Assembly (NCBI GenBank): GCA_963752515.1
Contig: CAVVYO010000007.1
Location: forward strand, 112,660-176,659
Source of the DNA: Candidatus Glassbacteria bacterium
GTDB lineage: Bacteria > Gemmatimonadota > Glassbacteria > GWA2-58-10
DNA length: 64,000 nt
Reading direction: 5' to 3'
Shown here: positions 59,874 through 64,000 of the stretch, one piece after another
How the letters are laid out: every line of letters starts with the position of its first letter
Numbering within the stretch: position 1 is the first letter of the stretch
The notes under the pieces: model-generated
What the model was told of the DNA's origin: nothing
Seen by the model: only the letters and a program-made list of their open reading frames with translations
The model's database searches: none
Position numbers and translations under genes: made by a program

Positions 59874-60815
59874 ATGTTCGAGCGCGTGGTTCAAGCGCTG
59901 CGCAAGGCGGCGCTGGTGATTTTCCGCAACCTCTGGCTGTTCCTGTTCGCGACGATCTACGCCCTGCTGGGCCCGCTGCTGGTGCTGGGCGGGACCGGCC
60001 TGCCGGTGCTGCTGTGGTGGGTCGCCGGAAGGCCGCTGCATCCCGCGCTGCTGGCGACCGACCCCCTGGCGTTCCTGCTCCGGCACTGGCAGTTGATTCT
60101 CTACGCCCTGCTGGGCGGGATGCTCGGCTACGCGCTCTACCTGGTGATCACGATCTTCTACCGCGGGGCGCTGACCGGCACGGTCGCCCGGGCGGTCCAG
60201 ACCGGCCGGGATGGTTCGGAGACGCGGCGCCTGCCCGCCGCGACTTTCCTGCGCGAGGGCCGGGACAATTTCGCCGGCAGCCTGGGGACCGCGACCCTGG
60301 CCTACCTGCTGCCGTTGCCGGTCCTGCTGCCGCTGCTGGGGCTGCTGACCCTGGGGGCGTTGCGCCTGCCGAAGCTGCTGTCCACTGCGTTCCTGGCCGG
60401 GGGGCTGCCGGAGCTGACCGCTCCGCTGATCATCCTGGCTGCGGCCGGGGTGCTGCTGCTGCTGCTGACCGTTCTCCTCACCGCCCTGGCCGGGCTGTGG
60501 TACCGTTACGCCCTGGCCGCCCTCTGCGCCGAGGGCCTGCCCGCCTCCCGGGCGATGGGGGCCGCGCTGGAGTTCTTCCGCCGGCGTTGGCGGCTGGTGC
60601 TGATCCTGATGCTGTTCTGGCTGGTGCTGGGGCTGGCGTTCGGCGCGGCCTCCTGGCCGTTCGGCTTCCTGGTGGACCAGCTCAGCGGGCTGGCCCGGGG
60701 GATCGTCCGCGGCTTCCTGCTGCTGATCGCCCCGGCGACAGTCGCCCTGGGCTTTTTCCTGGAACTGTGGATGAGCACGGCGATGGTGGTGCTCTATCTG
60801 GACAATCGTCCGTAG
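59874..60815 (+). CDS. Polytopic membrane protein of unknown function
   Basis: AAGGGGG RBS; about 8 hydrophobic helices; stop abuts rimO. Confidence 0.55.
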   Translation: MFERVVQALRKAALVIFRNLWLFLFATIYALLGPLLVLGGTGLPVLLWWVAGRPLHPALLATDPLAFLLRHWQLILYALLGGMLGYALYLVITIFYRGALTGTVARAVQTGRDGSETRRLPAATFLREGRDNFAGSLGTATLAYLLPLPVLLPLLGLLTLGALRLPKLLSTAFLAGGLPELTAPLIILAAAGVLLLLLTVLLTALAGLWYRYALAALCAEGLPASRAMGAALEFFRRRWRLVLILMLFWLVLGLAFGAASWPFGFLVDQLSGLARGIVRGFLLLIAPATVALGFFLELWMSTAMVVLYLDNRP

Positions 60816-60866
60816 GAAAGGTGGTTAGCGCTGATCGGTCCGAACGAGCATTCCGAACGCCTGCCG

Positions 60867-62207
60867 GTGGGAGTGATCACCCTCGGCTGCGCCAAGAACC
60901 AGGTCGACAGCGAGTACCTGCTGGCCGACCTCGAGCGCTGGGGTTTCGAGCCCACCGCGCAACTGGAGCGCGCCGCGGCGATCGTGATCAACACCTGCGC
61001 TTTCATCCGGCCCGCCAAGGAGGAGTCGATCGAGACCATCCTCGAGGCGGCCCGTTACCGTGAAAGCGGGGCGCTGCAAGTGCTGGCGGTGGTGGGCTGC
61101 CTGGCCCAGCGCTACCGGGAGGAGCTGGAGCGGGAGCTGCCGGAGGTGGACCTGTTCCTGGGAGTGGGCGCCGAGCAGCGCAGCCTGGGCGAGGCGCTCT
61201 ACCATCGCCTGCGGCCGGGCCAGGCCCCGCCGGGAGAGTTCTCCGGCCTGGCGACCCGCGCGGCGCTCACCGCCGGCCAGGGCTGGGCCTACCTCAAGCT
61301 CTCCGAGGGCTGCGACAACCGTTGCAGCTACTGCGCCATTCCGCTGATCCGTGGCAACCTGGAGAGCCGCGACCCCGCGGAGCTGGTCGCCGAGGCCCGG
61401 CGGCTGGAGGCGGCCGGGGTGCGGGAGCTGAACCTGATCGCCCAGGACCTCACCGCCTACGGGCTCGACCGGGGAGCCGGGCATCCCCGGCTGGAGGGGC
61501 TGCTGGAACGGCTGCTGGCCGAGACCACCATCCCCTGGCTGCGCCTGCTGTACGCTCACCCGGCCCACCTGCGGCCCGAGTTGCTGGAGCTGATGTCCCG
61601 CGAATCCAGAATCCTGCCCTACCTCGACCTGCCGATCCAGCACGCCTCCGACCGGGTGCTGGAGCGGATGGGTCGCCGCTATACCAGGGCCCGGCTGGAG
61701 GAGTCGATCGCCCGCGCCCGCGAGCTGCTGCCGGAGCTGGTGCTGCGCACGACCGTGCTGGTGGGGTTCCCCGGGGAGCGGGAACGGGATTTCCAGGAGC
61801 TGCTGGAGTTTATCGCCCGGGTACGGTTCGACCGGCTGGGAGGCTTCGAGTACTCGGCCGAGGAGGGTACCGCGGCCCATGGCCTTTCCGGCAAGGTCAG
61901 CCGCGCGGTGCGGGAGCGAAGGCTGGCCGCGGTGCTGGAGCTGCAGCGGGAGGTGAGCGCCGAGCTTTCCGCCGCGCGGGTCGGCCGGGTGCTGCCGGTG
62001 CTGGTCGAGCGCGAGCTGGCGGCCGATGAGGCCCCATCCCCGGAGTACCATTGGCTGGCCCGCTCGAAAGCCCATGCTCCGGAGGTGGATGGCTGGGTCT
62101 ACCTGGAGGATCGCCCCGGGCTGGCCCCGGGACTGATTGTCCCGGCGCGGGTGCTCGAAGCCGGGGATTTCGACCTGTTCGCCGCGCCGCTAAAGCAGGA
62201 GGGGTGA
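60867..62207 (+). CDS. rimO: Ribosomal protein S12 methylthiotransferase RimO (MiaB-family radical SAM, TRAM C-terminus)
   Basis: MTTase N-domain VITLGCAKNQVDSE; radical SAM LSEGCDNRCSYCAIP; start codon GTG uncertain by a few codons. Confidence 0.8.
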   Translation: MGVITLGCAKNQVDSEYLLADLERWGFEPTAQLERAAAIVINTCAFIRPAKEESIETILEAARYRESGALQVLAVVGCLAQRYREELERELPEVDLFLGVGAEQRSLGEALYHRLRPGQAPPGEFSGLATRAALTAGQGWAYLKLSEGCDNRCSYCAIPLIRGNLESRDPAELVAEARRLEAAGVRELNLIAQDLTAYGLDRGAGHPRLEGLLERLLAETTIPWLRLLYAHPAHLRPELLELMSRESRILPYLDLPIQHASDRVLERMGRRYTRARLEESIARARELLPELVLRTTVLVGFPGERERDFQELLEFIARVRFDRLGGFEYSAEEGTAAHGLSGKVSRAVRERRLAAVLELQREVSAELSAARVGRVLPVLVERELAADEAPSPEYHWLARSKAHAPEVDGWVYLEDRPGLAPGLIVPARVLEAGDFDLFAAPLKQEG

Positions 62208-62337
62208 TTTTTCGGAATTCTTGTATTCTCAGTCGGAAGTTGTTACAATAATGCTGATTCGGCCGGCGATGCCGGTGCGATGGGGGCGGCGGGTCTCACT
62301 CGGGGAGCGGGATCGCCGCCCTTGCTGCATCCGGCTG

Positions 62338-62390
62338 TTCCGGGGGGAGGGGAACTCTTCCTCTTTCCAAAACTTTTTCGCTGGTTCATT
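62338..62390. repeat. Truncated module A (CCGGGGGGAGGGGAACTCTTCCTCTTTCCAAAACTTTTTCGCTGGTTCA)
   Basis: Same flank as 55458-55512. Confidence 0.55.
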
Positions 62391-62442
62391 GCTGGATGTC
62401 GGGCCGCGAGTCAGCCTGACCCCACCGCCGGGGGTGCCCCCT

Positions 62443-64000
62443 TTGAAGCGCCTGCTGACCAGCCTGGCCATCCTAATTCCGCTGCTCGCCACGGCCCTGC
62501 CCGCGCGGGCCCAGGACCTGCCGGCGGTGATCTCCCAGGTCCGGGTCCAGCCCTCGCCGTTCTCTCCCAACCGCGATGGGCTCGATGAAACCACCACCTT
62601 CTCGTTCTTCCTCAGCGAGCGCTCCCGGGTCACGGTCGAGATCCTGTTTTTCGCGTTCGAGACCACGATCGGCGGGGTCAACCTGCACTATGGCCCCCTG
62701 ACCGATACCCTGCTGCTGGGCGGCCGCAGGGTGCCGTTTGCCTCCGACACCGTCAAGCTCTACAGCGATGCTTCCGCCGGCCTGAATGAGTTCTCCTGGG
62801 ATGGCCGAATCCGCCACAAGATCCTCCAGCGGTACATCACCCTCCCGGACAGCGAGTATACCTACCTGATCCGCGCCGAGGACCTGGATGCGGACGACTC
62901 CTACCGCAGCCTGCCGATCACCGGTAGGGTCCGGGTCGATGCCCACCCGCCGGTGATCAGCGGTGTCTCGGCCGAGCCCAACCCCTTCAGCCCGGACAAC
63001 GATAGGATCAACGACCTGGCGCGGATCGGCTTCACCCTGGATGGGATGCCCGCCAATGCCGTGCTGGGTAACCTGGTGTTCACGGTCAATGTCGATCCCG
63101 ATGGCAACCGCAGCTTTGTCCTCGACAACTCCGGCACCACCCCGGCCCTGCGGCTGCTAACTCCCCTGAACGTGCCCCATGCCCCGATCGCCCTGCAGTT
63201 CATCAAGACCACCCAGAACAACAACGCGATCAGCCTGCAGTTCCAGGGCGGGCGGATCCTCGACTCCGGCGACACGGTCCAGGTCAACACCGGCCAGATC
63301 ACCATCGCCCCCGATGATCCGCTCGGGACAGTCTACCGGGATGACACCCGTTTCAGCTACCTCAACCGGCTGATCTACAATGGCGGCACCGGGACCGTCG
63401 AAACCAGCCGGATCGAGCTGCGCACCTCCGCCGGCTGGCTGGCGGTCAAGCTGCTCCAGGGAAACCAGGTGATATTCGCCGAAACCTGCCGGTCGATCCG
63501 CCCTTTACCGGGGATGGCAGCTACAGCGCCACCCTCAATCCGGGCCAGTTGCCCGATGGCGACTACACCTACCTGATCTCCGCGGTGGATGAGGGCGGCA
63601 ACACCACCGAATTTACCGGCATGCTCACCGCCAGCAGCAGCCGGCTGGGAGTGGCCGACCTGGTCGCCGAGCCGGCCCGGATCAGCCCGGCCGACACCAA
63701 CCACCAGTTCGACCTGACCACGATCCGTTACCGGCTGAGCAAGACGGCCAAGGTCACGATCCAAGTCTTCCGCGACAGCACTGCCCTGGTGGCCGCCAAC
63801 CTGGTCGATACCCTGCTGACCGCCGATCCCCAGGCCGCGGGCGGGCACACCATCACCTGGGATGGCCGCGACCGGCTGGCCCGGCCGGTCAGTCCCGGCC
63901 AGGAGCGCCGTTACCGGATCGTGGTCTCGGCGTTCGATGAACAGAGCGGCGAAACCAGCCAGTCCTCGACCACGGTGATGGTGGACAACCGCCCGCCGCA
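62443..64000 (+). CDS. Cell-surface protein with repeated FlgD-Ig-like / Ig-like domains (NPFSPNxDG motifs); continues beyond window; apparent frameshift near 63480
   Basis: TTG start with signal MKRLLTSLAILIPLLATALPARAQ; repeats VQPSPFSPNRDG, AEPNPFSPDNDRIND; after 63480 the protein-like reading (PVDPPFTGDGSYSATLNPGQLPDGDYTYLISAVDEGGN...) is in another frame. Confidence 0.55.

Overview
The window is a visibly GC-rich (roughly two-thirds G+C by eye), carbohydrate-active-enzyme-dense stretch of a bacterial chromosome. It looks like an FCB-group organism, because it carries a type IX secretion system C-terminal sorting domain (T9SS CTD), a PorV-like outer-membrane protein, a SusC-like TonB-dependent receptor and dockerin-like repeats. 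The phylum cannot be assigned from sequence alone.

Coding content includes two multi-PAS / propeller hybrid sensor histidine kinases, a sigma-54 response regulator and a standalone CheY-like receiver. Glycan-active genes include GH43-like, GH10, a BNR-repeat protein, a CE4 deacetylase, an MFS sugar porter, a large GH-like lipoprotein, a DUF4382 lipoprotein, a dockerin plus beta-helix protein, tandem DUF1080, a sugar-phosphate isomerase, a heparinase II/III-like protein, a GH38 alpha-mannosidase, a DUF4091-like protein and a DUF4832-like protein. Also present are a sulfatase-fold protein lacking the formylglycine Cys, a PLP decarboxylase, a nitrilase-family hydrolase, an amidohydrolase, a VOC protein, RimO, and a low-GC islet with a solitary NYN-domain gene.

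The most unusual content is non-coding. The intergenic DNA is packed with a mosaic (BIME/MITE-like) system of at least five palindromic repeat modules, labelled A to E here. Module A is a roughly 46-bp GC hairpin with a conserved AAAAAGTTTGGGAAAG flank; at least 8 copies sit at 3' gene ends and show compensatory stem changes, plus several truncated or flank-only copies. Module B is a roughly 150-bp element with TGACACCCCCCGG terminal inverted repeats; one of its three copies has a target-site-duplication-like direct repeat. Module C is a two-hairpin unit. E, D and C together form a roughly 450-bp composite present twice in inverted orientation (9.55-10.02 kb and 28.75-29.31 kb), bracketing an 18.7-kb polysaccharide-utilisation segment.

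Several genes carry apparent frameshifts: radical SAM, BNR, MFS, the T9SS cargo gene (extreme, about 8 shifts per kb), PorV-like, DUF4091-like and the Ig-like gene. These are either real gene decay or consensus indel errors.

A further candidate system is the module running from a sensor kinase and sigma-54 regulator through a receiver, a TonB-dependent receptor and a T9SS cargo protein to a PorV-like gene (36.9-51.0 kb).
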